Shown here: one piece after another, positions 1 to 8,012 of the stretch
Numbering within the stretch: position 1 is the stretch's first letter
How the letters are laid out: each line of letters starts with the position of its first letter
The notes under the pieces: model-generated
The model's database searches: none
Told to the model about the DNA's origin: nothing
Seen by the model: the letters and a program-made list of their open reading frames with translations, nothing else
Position numbers and translations under genes: made by a program
Assembly: GCA_947631375.1 (NCBI GenBank)
Contig: CANRLD010000001.1
Span: forward strand, 1-36,973
Length of the DNA stretch: 36,973 bases
Reading direction: 5' to 3'
Source of the DNA: an uncultured Methylophaga sp.
Lineage (GTDB): Bacteria; Pseudomonadota; Gammaproteobacteria; Nitrosococcales; Methylophagaceae

Positions 1-2
1 GG

Positions 3-257
3 CTGCAACAAGATGATCCTTCAGCAGTTGTCTGGGATGAGATCGTTGGTTATCTGGTCACCATGATTGCCGCACCGACGGGCTGGCAATGGATGGTGCT
101 CGGATTTGTACTGTTTCGCTTGTTTGATATTTGGAAACCGTGGCCGATATCACTGGCGGATCGTAAGCTTCACGGAGGGTTTGGCACGATGGTTGACGAT
201 CTCGTCGCGGGCATATTCGCTGCGTTGGTATTGCAGCTTTGTCATTATTTGCTCTGA
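3..257 (+). CDS. pgpA: Phosphatidylglycerophosphatase A, 5'-truncated by the window
   Basis: Frame is open from position 3: LQQDDPSAVVWDEIVG...FVLFRLFDIWKPWPI..ADRKLHGGFGTMVDDLVAG. The WDE, FRxFDIxKP and MxDDxxAG motifs are typical of PgpA. Confidence 0.92.
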   Translation: MQQDDPSAVVWDEIVGYLVTMIAAPTGWQWMVLGFVLFRLFDIWKPWPISLADRKLHGGFGTMVDDLVAGIFAALVLQLCHYLL

Positions 258-282
258 AACTGCCAGCAGACAGCTTCAGAGC
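251..282 (-). terminator. 3' stem-loop between convergent pgpA and the kinase gene
   Basis: On the minus strand, GCTCTGAAGCTG-N8-CAGTTTCAGAGC forms a 12-bp stem with one G-U pair. There is no U-tract, so terminator function is uncertain. Confidence 0.4.
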
Positions 283-290
283 GGTATATA

Positions 291-1226
291 TCAGCTAAAA
301 GGCAGCCCAAACTCTTGTTCAAACCGCGCCGCGAACTGCTCTGCAGTAAACTGGTGGTTTTGCGTTCCATATTGCTCAATTTTTATCGCGCCCAATAACG
401 AGGCGATACGGCCCGTTATCTCCCAGCTTTTGCCGTGCAGAATGCCATGTAGCAGCCCAGCCCGGTAGGCATCACCACAGCCGGTTGGATCGGCTACTCT
501 TGCGGCTTTTGCACAGGGAATATCAATACGCTTGTTGTCAGTATAAATATGCGACCCTTGGGCACCGCGGGTAATAATCAGCGCTTCAACCCGCTCGGCG
601 ATTTGTTCTGCTGTCAAACCGGTACGGTTTTCAAATAATTGCGCTTCATAATCATTCAGTGCGATATAGGTTGCCTGGCTGGCGAACTGCAACAGATCGT
701 CGCCATTAAACATTGGCAGCCCTTGACCCGGATCAAAAATAAATGGAATGCCGGCTTCGGCAAATTGCTGGGCGTGCTGAATCATGCCGTCACGGCCATC
801 TGGGGCAATAATGCCCAGGCGGATATTGCTGGCCTCACTGATTGCTGTTTCGTGCGCCAGATTCATCGCGCCAGGATGAAAGGCAGTGATTTGATTATCG
901 TCAATATCCGTTGTGATATAGGCTTGCGCGGTGAAATGGTCTGCCTTGACTCGTACGTGTTGCTGGTTGATAGCAAATTTATCCATCCACGCAGCATAAC
1001 TGGCAAAATCGCTGCCAACGGTTCCCATCGGCACTGGATCATCACCGAGCAGTTTCATATTAAAGGCAATATTGCCGGCGCAGCCGCCGAACTCACGGCG
1101 TAATTCCGGCACCAGAAACGACACATTCAGCATATGTACTTTATCTGGCAAAATGTGGTTTTTGAATCTGTCCGGGAACACCATGATATTGTCGTAGGCA
1201 AATGAGCCACAAATAAGAACCGACAT
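291..1226 (-). CDS. PfkB/ribokinase-family carbohydrate kinase, bacterial adenosine-kinase-like
   Basis: GSxAYD N-terminus, GGCAGNIA motif, FDPGQ, and PfkB signature DPTGCGDAY. Confidence 0.88.
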   Translation of the reverse strand: MSVLICGSFAYDNIMVFPDRFKNHILPDKVHMLNVSFLVPELRREFGGCAGNIAFNMKLLGDDPVPMGTVGSDFASYAAWMDKFAINQQHVRVKADHFTAQAYITTDIDDNQITAFHPGAMNLAHETAISEASNIRLGIIAPDGRDGMIQHAQQFAEAGIPFIFDPGQGLPMFNGDDLLQFASQATYIALNDYEAQLFENRTGLTAEQIAERVEALIITRGAQGSHIYTDNKRIDIPCAKAARVADPTGCGDAYRAGLLHGILHGKSWEITGRIASLLGAIKIEQYGTQNHQFTAEQFAARFEQEFGLPFS

Positions 1227-1230
1227 ATTG

Positions 1231-2379
1231 TTAAACCTCTTTTGTATGAAGCTGTTGCGTATCTGCAGTGACTGCCAATTGCCCCTGAAGAAAAGCTATC
1301 AGCTTATGGCCGACGATTTGATAGCGCCATCCTTGTGACAAGGCTAGGTTACTTTCACCGCGAACCAGTTTTTCGATCTCCTTCCTGCTGGCAACAGCAA
1401 TTGGCGTGATCGATTGTTCATCACAAAATTTTCGCAGTAATGCCATTAAGGCATCAATCAGTGCTTCTTGCTGATTGCTGAGCGGATCGGGCTTGAGCAA
1501 CACCGGCCAGCTTTCCGGCGGGATTTGTTTGGCGTTATTGATAACGTCAATGATAGCGCGTCCATTACGTTCAATATCACGTGCTTCAAGTCCGCGGATT
1601 TGACTGAGTTTGTCCAGTTTTTCCGGCGCAAAACGTGCCAGATCCAGCATGACTTCATCTTTGATGATCCAGCGTCTCGGGCGATCTCTGTTCATCGCAG
1701 CCTGTTCACGCCAAGCGGCGAGTTGCTGCAACACTGCCAGCTGTACGCCTTTCAGTTTTCCTGCGCCTCGAATTTTGCGCCAGATAGTTTCCGGATCGGC
1801 AACGTAGTTAGCGCTGTCGGAAAGTGCAGTGAAGTCTTCTTTCAACCACTCACTGCGCTGTTGTTTTTCTAAATCCGCCGACATCTGGTGATATAAATCG
1901 CGCAGATAACGTACATCATCGGCAGCATATTCAAGTTGTTCTTTTGTCAAAGGCCGCTGCATCCAGTCAGTGCGTGAATGTGCTTTGTCCAACTCGACTC
2001 CCAGGCGTTGTCTGACCAGATTACCGTAACCAATCTGGTCACCATCGCCAAGAAAGGTGGCGGCCAGCTGCGTATCAAACAGATTTTGTGGCAGTGCCTT
2101 TTGTAACAAGTAGAGTAATTCGAGATCCTGACGTGCAGCGTGGAAAACGAGGGTAATGTCCGGGTGATAAAGCAGATCAAGTAATGGCGTGAGATTACTG
2201 ATGGCAAGAGGATCAACACAGGCGATTACATCATCGTTAGCCAGCTGTATCAGGCAGAGTTGCGGGTAATAGGTTTTTTCGCGTAGAAATTCGGTGTCGA
2301 TGGCGAGCCACTTGCTATCTTGGATAGTGTTGCAAAAGTGTAATAAAGCATCGTCCGAATCAATGTACAGAACAGTCAT
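1231..2379 (-). CDS. rnd: Ribonuclease D
   Basis: AIDTEFxREKTYYPQLCLIQL, FHAARQD, FDTQLAA, DWxxRPL and YAADDV DEDDy motifs, followed by an HRDC region (AAWRE...RW). 382 aa. Confidence 0.95.
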   Translation of the reverse strand: MTVLYIDSDDALLHFCNTIQDSKWLAIDTEFLREKTYYPQLCLIQLANDDVIACVDPLAISNLTPLLDLLYHPDITLVFHAARQDLELLYLLQKALPQNLFDTQLAATFLGDGDQIGYGNLVRQRLGVELDKAHSRTDWMQRPLTKEQLEYAADDVRYLRDLYHQMSADLEKQQRSEWLKEDFTALSDSANYVADPETIWRKIRGAGKLKGVQLAVLQQLAAWREQAAMNRDRPRRWIIKDEVMLDLARFAPEKLDKLSQIRGLEARDIERNGRAIIDVINNAKQIPPESWPVLLKPDPLSNQQEALIDALMALLRKFCDEQSITPIAVASRKEIEKLVRGESNLALSQGWRYQIVGHKLIAFLQGQLAVTADTQQLHTKEV

Positions 2380-2416
2380 AGTCGCCAGCTAAAAATGGGT
2401 CAGTATAACCGTTTTT

Positions 2417-3313
2417 TTACAGGGTGTTGTGGGCGTGTACCTGACTGATAATCTGATCTATGGCCTCAACAATAATCTCGGGTTGCTGTTGCGGGATGTC
2501 GTGGCCACTTTTATGGGCAAACATGTGGACGCTGATAGGTGAGAGTTGTGATAAATCCTGTTGCAGGGCCAACCAGGTTTTTTCTCGTTGTTGCAGGCTG
2601 GTGCCGCCGTACCATTCCGGCTTGCCGCGGCTGATGACAATCAGGGGCACTGCAGGTAATGTCGGTGCCCGATGGAGTTGGGATGCACTTTTATCCAAGG
2701 CAATAATTTCAGCTTTGGCAGCATAAAAAGCGCGTTCACTTAACGCTGCGGGCTTGTCCGTCGGACCTGCACTGTAAGCTGGTTTTGGCGAAATAATGAT
2801 GGAACTGTAGCGATGATTGCTATCGGGTAATTTGATTTGAAACTGGTTGTATTGATCTTCATGAGAAGCATCGACCAATATTACCCCCGCGACTTTATCG
2901 GGATAATTGGCTGCAAATAAGCGGACGTTATAACCACCAAAAGAGTGTCCTACGAGAACAAACGGCGGCTGAAGGTTGGCTTTTTCAAGCAATATTGCCA
3001 ATTCATCCGCGATTCTGGCGCTGCTGCGGGGCGAAGGCCCAAAGTCACTCCAGCCATACCCTGCGCGATCGACGACACAAATATGTGCGTTTTTGGCAAC
3101 GGTCTGCTGAATGGATCGCCAGTCTGTCGAATCATCACCCAGGCCAACATCAACAATAACGGTAGGACTGCCTTCCCCCATACAGAGGATATGTAAATAA
3201 TAGCCGCCGACATCAAAGCGTTTGCCAGGCATGGCGGGAAACTCTGCAGTGATGGCAGGAGAAGATGCAGCAAACAAAACCAACACCGAGAAGAGTAAGG
3301 TTTTCATTTTCAT
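2417..3313 (-). CDS. Putative secreted alpha/beta-fold hydrolase
   Basis: Signal-peptide-like N-terminus, DRAGYGWS, nucleophile elbow GHSFG and C-terminal SGH catalytic His. GGAG precedes the ATG. Confidence 0.85.
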   Translation of the reverse strand: MKMKTLLFSVLVLFAASSPAITAEFPAMPGKRFDVGGYYLHILCMGEGSPTVIVDVGLGDDSTDWRSIQQTVAKNAHICVVDRAGYGWSDFGPSPRSSARIADELAILLEKANLQPPFVLVGHSFGGYNVRLFAANYPDKVAGVILVDASHEDQYNQFQIKLPDSNHRYSSIIISPKPAYSAGPTDKPAALSERAFYAAKAEIIALDKSASQLHRAPTLPAVPLIVISRGKPEWYGGTSLQQREKTWLALQQDLSQLSPISVHMFAHKSGHDIPQQQPEIIVEAIDQIISQVHAHNTL

Positions 3314-3366
3314 CAGCCGCTCCGCAAGGGGATTGGAGAACTAACAATAGAGAACTATTAACGACG

Positions 3367-3618
3367 CTAAAGTTCCGGTGCCTGAAGTGCGAGCTGTTGC
3401 AGAATATCTTGCTGCTCAAAAGGCCAGCTTAATTCACTGTTATCAGCAAAGCGTATTACCGGAATCCGGGTGCCATATTGTTCAACCAGTGCATCATCAT
3501 CACCGATTTCGATGATTTCCAGTTGCACCATCAGCGCGGGAGGCAACTGCTGAATTTGCTCAACTGCAAGCTCGCACAAGTGGCAGCCAGCGGTTGAAAA
3601 CATCTGTAGCATCATCAT
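3367..3618 (-). CDS. Glutaredoxin-like protein (DUF836 family)
   Basis: STAGCHLC CxxC motif, YGTRIPV cis-Pro loop and C-terminal WPF. ATGA overlap with the moaB stop. Confidence 0.85.
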   Translation of the reverse strand: MMMLQMFSTAGCHLCELAVEQIQQLPPALMVQLEIIEIGDDDALVEQYGTRIPVIRFADNSELSWPFEQQDILQQLALQAPEL

Positions 3619-4145
3619 TTTTCCCGCAAACGAGGGAGCAACTCTACAAAGTTGCAGGGACGATGTCTGATATCCAGCTGATCGTGCAGAATGTCATCCC
3701 AGCCGGTTCTGCAGGCACCAGGAGAGCCAGGCAGGCAGAAAATAAATGTGCTGTTTGCCACGCCGGCTATTGCCCGGGATTGTATTGTCGATGTGCGGAT
3801 AGCATCATAGGAGATTTGTCGAAACAGTTCGCCAAAACCGGTGATTTCTTTGTCGAACAGTACGCTTACGGCTTCTGGTGTGCCATCTCTGCCGGTGAGT
3901 CCAGTGCCGCCAGTGGTGATAACAACATCAATATTCTCATCGTCAATCCATTGTGAAATAACAGCGCGAATACGATAAATATTATCGGTAACGACTTGTT
4001 TGGCAGCGAGTATATGGCCAGCGCTGAGCAGTCTTTCCTGTAGGGTTCTACCAGACACATCATCCGTTTCCGTACGTGAGTCCGAAATGGTAAGCACCGC
4101 GATCCGAACAGGGACAAATTCACGTTCCATTATGCTGTCACTCAA
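3615..4145 (-). CDS. moaB: Molybdenum cofactor biosynthesis protein B (start either TTG 4145 or ATG 4130)
   Basis: IAVLTISD, TTGGTG, RDGTPEA, GFGELFR, QSRA, LPGSPGAC and PCNF motifs. Confidence 0.93.
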   Translation of the reverse strand: MSDSIMEREFVPVRIAVLTISDSRTETDDVSGRTLQERLLSAGHILAAKQVVTDNIYRIRAVISQWIDDENIDVVITTGGTGLTGRDGTPEAVSVLFDKEITGFGELFRQISYDAIRTSTIQSRAIAGVANSTFIFCLPGSPGACRTGWDDILHDQLDIRHRPCNFVELLPRLREK

Positions 4146-4163
4146 GTAAAATAACGGTATTCA

Positions 4164-4196
4164 AGTATAATTCAGCTTCCTGATACGGTCTAGAAT
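4164..4196. promoter_or_regulatory. Candidate overlapping divergent sigma70 promoters for moaB and the OmpA-family gene
   Basis: Minus strand: TAGACC(4192-4187)-N17-TATACT(4169-4164). Plus strand: TATAAT 4166-4171 and TAGAAT 4191-4196. Confidence 0.4.
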
Positions 4197-4220
4197 ACGC
4201 CACAAAATGGAGACATTACC

Positions 4221-4901
4221 ATGAAAAAAATCCTGCTGATTTCAGCGATTTCATCCGCAATCGTCTTGTCTGGTTGTGCGACAGATGATCCGAATATGCG
4301 TACAAAAAGAGGCGCGGCCATTGGGGCTGCGGCGGGTTCTATCATTGGCTATGCCATTGATGACGGAACCGGCGGTGTACTGGCAGGCGCGGCGGTGGGC
4401 ACCTTGGCTGGTGCCGGTGTCGGACGATATATGGATAATCAGCAGCGCGAAATGAATCAAGCGCTGGCCGATGAACAGGCACGTAATGAATTGCAGATAC
4501 AACAGTTACAGGATGAATCACTGAAAATTGATATTTCTAATGAAGTGTCTTTTGATTTTGACAGTGCGGCGATCAAACCGGCATTTGAGCCAACGCTGAA
4601 CAAAGTTGCCGATGTGTTACAGCGTTATCCAAAAACAGTCATCCATGTGGTTGGCCACACTGACAGTCAGGGATCTGAAAGTTATAATCAGGGGCTTTCA
4701 GAGCGCAGGGCGCAAGCCGTAACCAATTATTTTTCTGCACAAGGCGTGTTACCGGCGCGACTGGTTGCCATGGGACGAGGCGAATTGGAACCGCGTGCTA
4801 CGAATGATACGGAAGCCGGCCGTCAATTGAATCGCCGGGTAGAAATCATTGTTAAACCGATTGTTGAGGGACAGGAAACTGAAGCCTACCAAACGCCGTA
4901 A
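4221..4901 (+). CDS. OmpA-family (YiaD-like) outer-membrane lipoprotein with glycine zipper
   Basis: Lipobox LSGC, Gly-zipper repeats, and OmpA_C motifs FDFDSA, GHTD, NQGLSERRA and NRRVEI. GGAGA SD. Confidence 0.92.
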   Translation: MKKILLISAISSAIVLSGCATDDPNMRTKRGAAIGAAAGSIIGYAIDDGTGGVLAGAAVGTLAGAGVGRYMDNQQREMNQALADEQARNELQIQQLQDESLKIDISNEVSFDFDSAAIKPAFEPTLNKVADVLQRYPKTVIHVVGHTDSQGSESYNQGLSERRAQAVTNYFSAQGVLPARLVAMGRGELEPRATNDTEAGRQLNRRVEIIVKPIVEGQETEAYQTP

Positions 4902-5667
4902 AGGTACGTCAGAGAGACGTCAGCCACCTTCGGCAGAACTTATTTTTGGTTTGCATGCGGTGCAGGCGGCGCTTGAGTCGCCTGTTTCGCGTGTAGCGGA
5001 AATCTGGATTGCTGATGACCGTCATGATCATCGAATAGACAGTATTTATGCGCTGGCTGAAAAGCTGGAAATACGCTTGCATAAAAGTCAGCGCCAGCAA
5101 CTGGACGAGATGGTTCCGGAAAGTCGTCACCAAGGATGTATTGCGCGTTGCCATCCATTGGCAACACTGGATGAAAAGGATTTGGAGGGCCTGCTGGATA
5201 ACCTGTCATCGCCGCCATTATTGCTAATTCTGGATGGCGTTCAGGATCCACATAATCTCGGAGCATGTCTGCGCACAGCTGAAGCAGCCGGTGCGCATGC
5301 GGTCATTGCTCCGAAAGATCGTGCATCAGGTTTAACGCCGACGGCAATCAAAATTTCCAGTGGTGCTGCTGAACGTTTGCCACTAATTCAGGTGACTAAT
5401 CTTGCGCGAGTATTGCGTGACTTGCAGCAACGAGGCATCTGGCTGGTCGGCACTTCGGGAGACAGCGAGCAGAGTTTATATCAGACTGAGCTCACCGGTC
5501 CATTGGCAATTATACTTGGTGCAGAAGGGCAGGGGATTCGGCGGTTGACGCGGGATCACTGCGATGAGGTCGTGTATATCCCGATGCAGGGAGCAGCTGA
5601 AAGCCTTAATGTTTCTGTCGCTGCCGGTGTCTGTTTGTTTGAAGCTGACCGTCAACGCCGCTTGTGA
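4879..5667 (+). CDS. rlmB: 23S rRNA Gm2251 methyltransferase (start uncertain: TTG 4849/4861/4864 or CTG 4879)
   Basis: IFGLHAV, HQG, LDGVQDPHNLGACLRTA, GAEGQG and ESLNVSVA SPOUT motifs. Lies upstream of rpsF. Confidence 0.92.
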   Translation: MKPTKRRKGTSERRQPPSAELIFGLHAVQAALESPVSRVAEIWIADDRHDHRIDSIYALAEKLEIRLHKSQRQQLDEMVPESRHQGCIARCHPLATLDEKDLEGLLDNLSSPPLLLILDGVQDPHNLGACLRTAEAAGAHAVIAPKDRASGLTPTAIKISSGAAERLPLIQVTNLARVLRDLQQRGIWLVGTSGDSEQSLYQTELTGPLAIILGAEGQGIRRLTRDHCDEVVYIPMQGAAESLNVSVAAGVCLFEADRQRRL

Positions 5668-5696
5668 CTCCTTATCAAAATGAAGTAAAATCGCGG
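5664..5696 (+). promoter_or_regulatory. Candidate sigma70 promoter of the rpsF operon
   Basis: GTGACT(5664-5669)-N16-TAAAAT(5686-5691), followed by the GC-rich discriminator CGCGG, as in stringently controlled promoters. Confidence 0.55.
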
Positions 5697-5717
5697 ATTG
5701 CTTTTTAACAAGCAAAA

Positions 5718-5763
5718 CTCCTTGCTTTCTGGACGTTCAGAAAGCTGTATAAACCGTGAGGAG
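5718..5763 (+). promoter_or_regulatory. S6:S18 ribosomal protein leader RNA
   Basis: CTCCTT(GC) at 5718-5725 is complementary to the SD-containing GTGAGGAG at 5756-5763. Inner hairpin GCTTTCTGG-ACGT-TCAGAAAGC. Conserved CCG at 5754-5756 immediately before the SD strand. Confidence 0.8.
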
Positions 5764-5770
5764 CTCCAAG

Positions 5771-6115
5771 TTGAGACATTACGAAATCGTGTTTCTGGTC
5801 CACCCTGATCAGAGCGAACAAGTGCCCGGCATGATCGAGCGCTATACACAAACACTGACTGCCGATGGCGGTCAAGTTCATCGTCTGGAAGACTGGGGTC
5901 GTCGCCAGCTTGCTTACCCTATAAACAAGGTTCATAAAGCGCACTACGTGCTGATGAATGTTGAATGTGGTGTGGAGCAGTTGAATGAAGTGACCACTGC
6001 TTTCCGTTTCAATGATGCGGTTATTCGTCATCTTGTTGTCAATATGGATGAAGCTGTTACAGAAGCTTCGCCAATGATGCGCAAAGACGACGAAAAACCT
6101 GCTGCACAAGCCTAA
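5771..6115 (+). CDS. rpsF: 30S ribosomal protein S6 (TTG start)
   Basis: (M)[24 protein letters not shown]...[21 protein letters not shown] lies 7 nt upstream of TTG 5771. Confidence 0.97.
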   Translation: MRHYEIVFLVHPDQSEQVPGMIERYTQTLTADGGQVHRLEDWGRRQLAYPINKVHKAHYVLMNVECGVEQLNEVTTAFRFNDAVIRHLVVNMDEAVTEASPMMRKDDEKPAAQA

Positions 6116-6131
6116 ATCAGGAGATACCACG

Positions 6132-6359
6132 ATGGCACGTTTTTTCAGACGTAGAAAATTTTGTCGTTTCACTGCCGAAGGTGTGAAACAAATTGATTAT
6201 AAAGATGTAAATCTGCTTAAAAACTTTATTACTGAAACAGGCAAGATCGTTCCAAGCCGTATTACTGGTACTAAAGCGCGTTACCAGCGTCAGCTGTCAA
6301 CGTGTGTGAAACGTGCACGGTTTCTGGCGTTGCTGCCTTACTGTGACATGCACAAGTAA
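6132..6359 (+). CDS. rpsR: 30S ribosomal protein S18
   Basis: [14 protein letters not shown]...IDYKD...[16 protein letters not shown]...RAR.LALLPY. AGGAG SD. Confidence 0.98.
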   Translation: MARFFRRRKFCRFTAEGVKQIDYKDVNLLKNFITETGKIVPSRITGTKARYQRQLSTCVKRARFLALLPYCDMHK

Positions 6360-6399
6360 GTTTCAGTCGCTCCGTTTGTAACGTTAAAATCAAACTGAC

Positions 6400-7308
6400 A
6401 TGTTGCGTGGCATAGCTGATTTTGCAATGAAAGGCCGTTGGCAGGCAGCATTTGCTGCTGCGCTACTGTCTGTCGGTGCAATGTTGTTGCCACCACTCAA
6501 CTACCTGGCGAGCGGCCTGATTGTGCTGGCGACATTACGCGTCGGACCTAAAGAAGGTCTGCGTGTTATGGTTGCAACATTTGTGGTATTTGCTGTTGCT
6601 GCTATCTTGTTGCTGGGGCAAGCCTGGGTAGGATTGGCATTGCTGATGACCAGCTGGCTGCCTGCATATTTGGTGACACTGGTTTTGGGGTATAGCCGAT
6701 CTCTGGATCGAGCGCTGCTGGCCGCTGGTGGAGCAGGTATTCTGGTTGTGCTGTCAGCACATCTCTTTTTACCCAGTCCGGCATTATGGTGGCAAGGCGT
6801 GTTAACACCATTCGTCCAGTTGTTGTCAGAACAGTCCGGATGGCAATTAAGCCCGGCAGATACGCAGAACTTTCTGTTGCAACTGTCTACTTTGATGACC
6901 GGAGTGATGGCTGCAGCGGTCAGTATCAATATTATTTTAGCGATACTGATTGGTCGTGCATGGCAAGCTGCGCTATATAACCAAGGTGCGTTCGGCAACG
7001 AGTTTACTCAAATAACATTGGGTAAGACGCTGGCATTAGTGACCGCTATTTTGATGGGCTTATCGCTGACGCCGATAGCCGGATCGCTGACCATGCTGGC
7101 AGATTGTTTGCCTGTGTTGCTGGTGTTGTTTGCTATACAGGGCATTGCTGTTGCACACGCAATCGTCCGGGCAAAACAAAAAGCAGTTGCCTGGTTGGTA
7201 GTAATGTATGTGCTGATGGTATTGATGCTGCCGCAAATGTTGATTTTGATGGCGTCACTGGGCGTATTGGAACAATGGTTTAATTTTCGTAAACGCGCTA
7301 TGGCGTGA
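6400..7308 (+). CDS. Multi-pass membrane protein, DUF2232/YybS-like
   Basis: Highly hydrophobic 302-aa ORF with MKGRWQA, LATLRxG, GRAWQAALYNxGxFGxEF and C-terminal WFNFRKR. Occupies the known rpsR-rplI slot. Confidence 0.8.
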   Translation: MLRGIADFAMKGRWQAAFAAALLSVGAMLLPPLNYLASGLIVLATLRVGPKEGLRVMVATFVVFAVAAILLLGQAWVGLALLMTSWLPAYLVTLVLGYSRSLDRALLAAGGAGILVVLSAHLFLPSPALWWQGVLTPFVQLLSEQSGWQLSPADTQNFLLQLSTLMTGVMAAAVSINIILAILIGRAWQAALYNQGAFGNEFTQITLGKTLALVTAILMGLSLTPIAGSLTMLADCLPVLLVLFAIQGIAVAHAIVRAKQKAVAWLVVMYVLMVLMLPQMLILMASLGVLEQWFNFRKRAMA

Positions 7309-7357
7309 TGCGGTTATTTTTGTAAGCAGTCGATGACTGCGAATGAGGGTTAGAACG

Positions 7358-7906
7358 ATGCAAGTTATTTTGCTGGAAAAAGTTCAAAAACTGGGTAACC
7401 TGGGCGATGAAGTCAGCGTAAAGTCTGGCTATGGTCGTAACTATCTGGTTCCTGCCGGTAAGGCACTACCTGCCAACAAGGCTAACAGAGAGAAATTCGA
7501 AGAGCGCCGTGCTGAGCTGGAAGCCGCGGCGGCCAAGTTACTGGCAGCTGCTCAAGAACGTGAGAAAAAACTGGTTGCTGCCGGTGATATCGAAATTATG
7601 GCGAATGCTGGGGTTGAAGGTAAATTATTCGGCTCGGTTACTGCTGCTGATATCGCGGATGCAGTAAATGCGAAAGGTGCTGATGTGGATCGCAACGAGA
7701 TTCGTCTGCCAACAGGACCATTACGCCATACCGGCGAATACAACATTGATGTGCAACTGCATGCTGATGTTGTGTTCAGCCTGAAAGTAAATCTTACTTC
7801 AGAAGCTGAGCTGCAAGCGATTGCGGATGCTGAAGAAGCACGTAAGGCGCGTGAGGCTGCACGTGAAGAAGCTGAGGCGATTGCCAAGGCACAAGAACAG
7901 CAGTAA
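7358..7906 (+). CDS. rplI: 50S ribosomal protein L9 with C-terminal extension (182 aa)
   Basis: MQVILLEKV..LG.LGD.V.VKSGYGRNYLVP and GKLFGSV motifs. GAGGG SD before ATG 7358. Confidence 0.97.
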   Translation: MQVILLEKVQKLGNLGDEVSVKSGYGRNYLVPAGKALPANKANREKFEERRAELEAAAAKLLAAAQEREKKLVAAGDIEIMANAGVEGKLFGSVTAADIADAVNAKGADVDRNEIRLPTGPLRHTGEYNIDVQLHADVVFSLKVNLTSEAELQAIADAEEARKAREAAREEAEAIAKAQEQQ

Positions 7907-7917
7907 GCAAGAAACAC

Positions 7918-7955
7918 CAAGGGACACAGTATCTGTTGTGTCCCTTGTCTCTTTT
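7918..7955 (+). terminator. Intrinsic terminator after rplI
   Basis: CAAGGGACACA(7918-7928)/TGTGTCCCTTG(7937-7947) form a perfect 11-bp stem, followed by TCTCTTTT. Confidence 0.75.
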
Positions 7956-8012
7956 ACGGGGTTCGATAGAGTAATTGAATCAACGTTTGATTAATCTGCT
8001 TGGACGATTGCT

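Noticed and set aside
5705-7920. Antisense ORFs over rpsF, the DUF2232 gene and rplI
   Set aside because: These are shadow frames of real genes with no independent signals.
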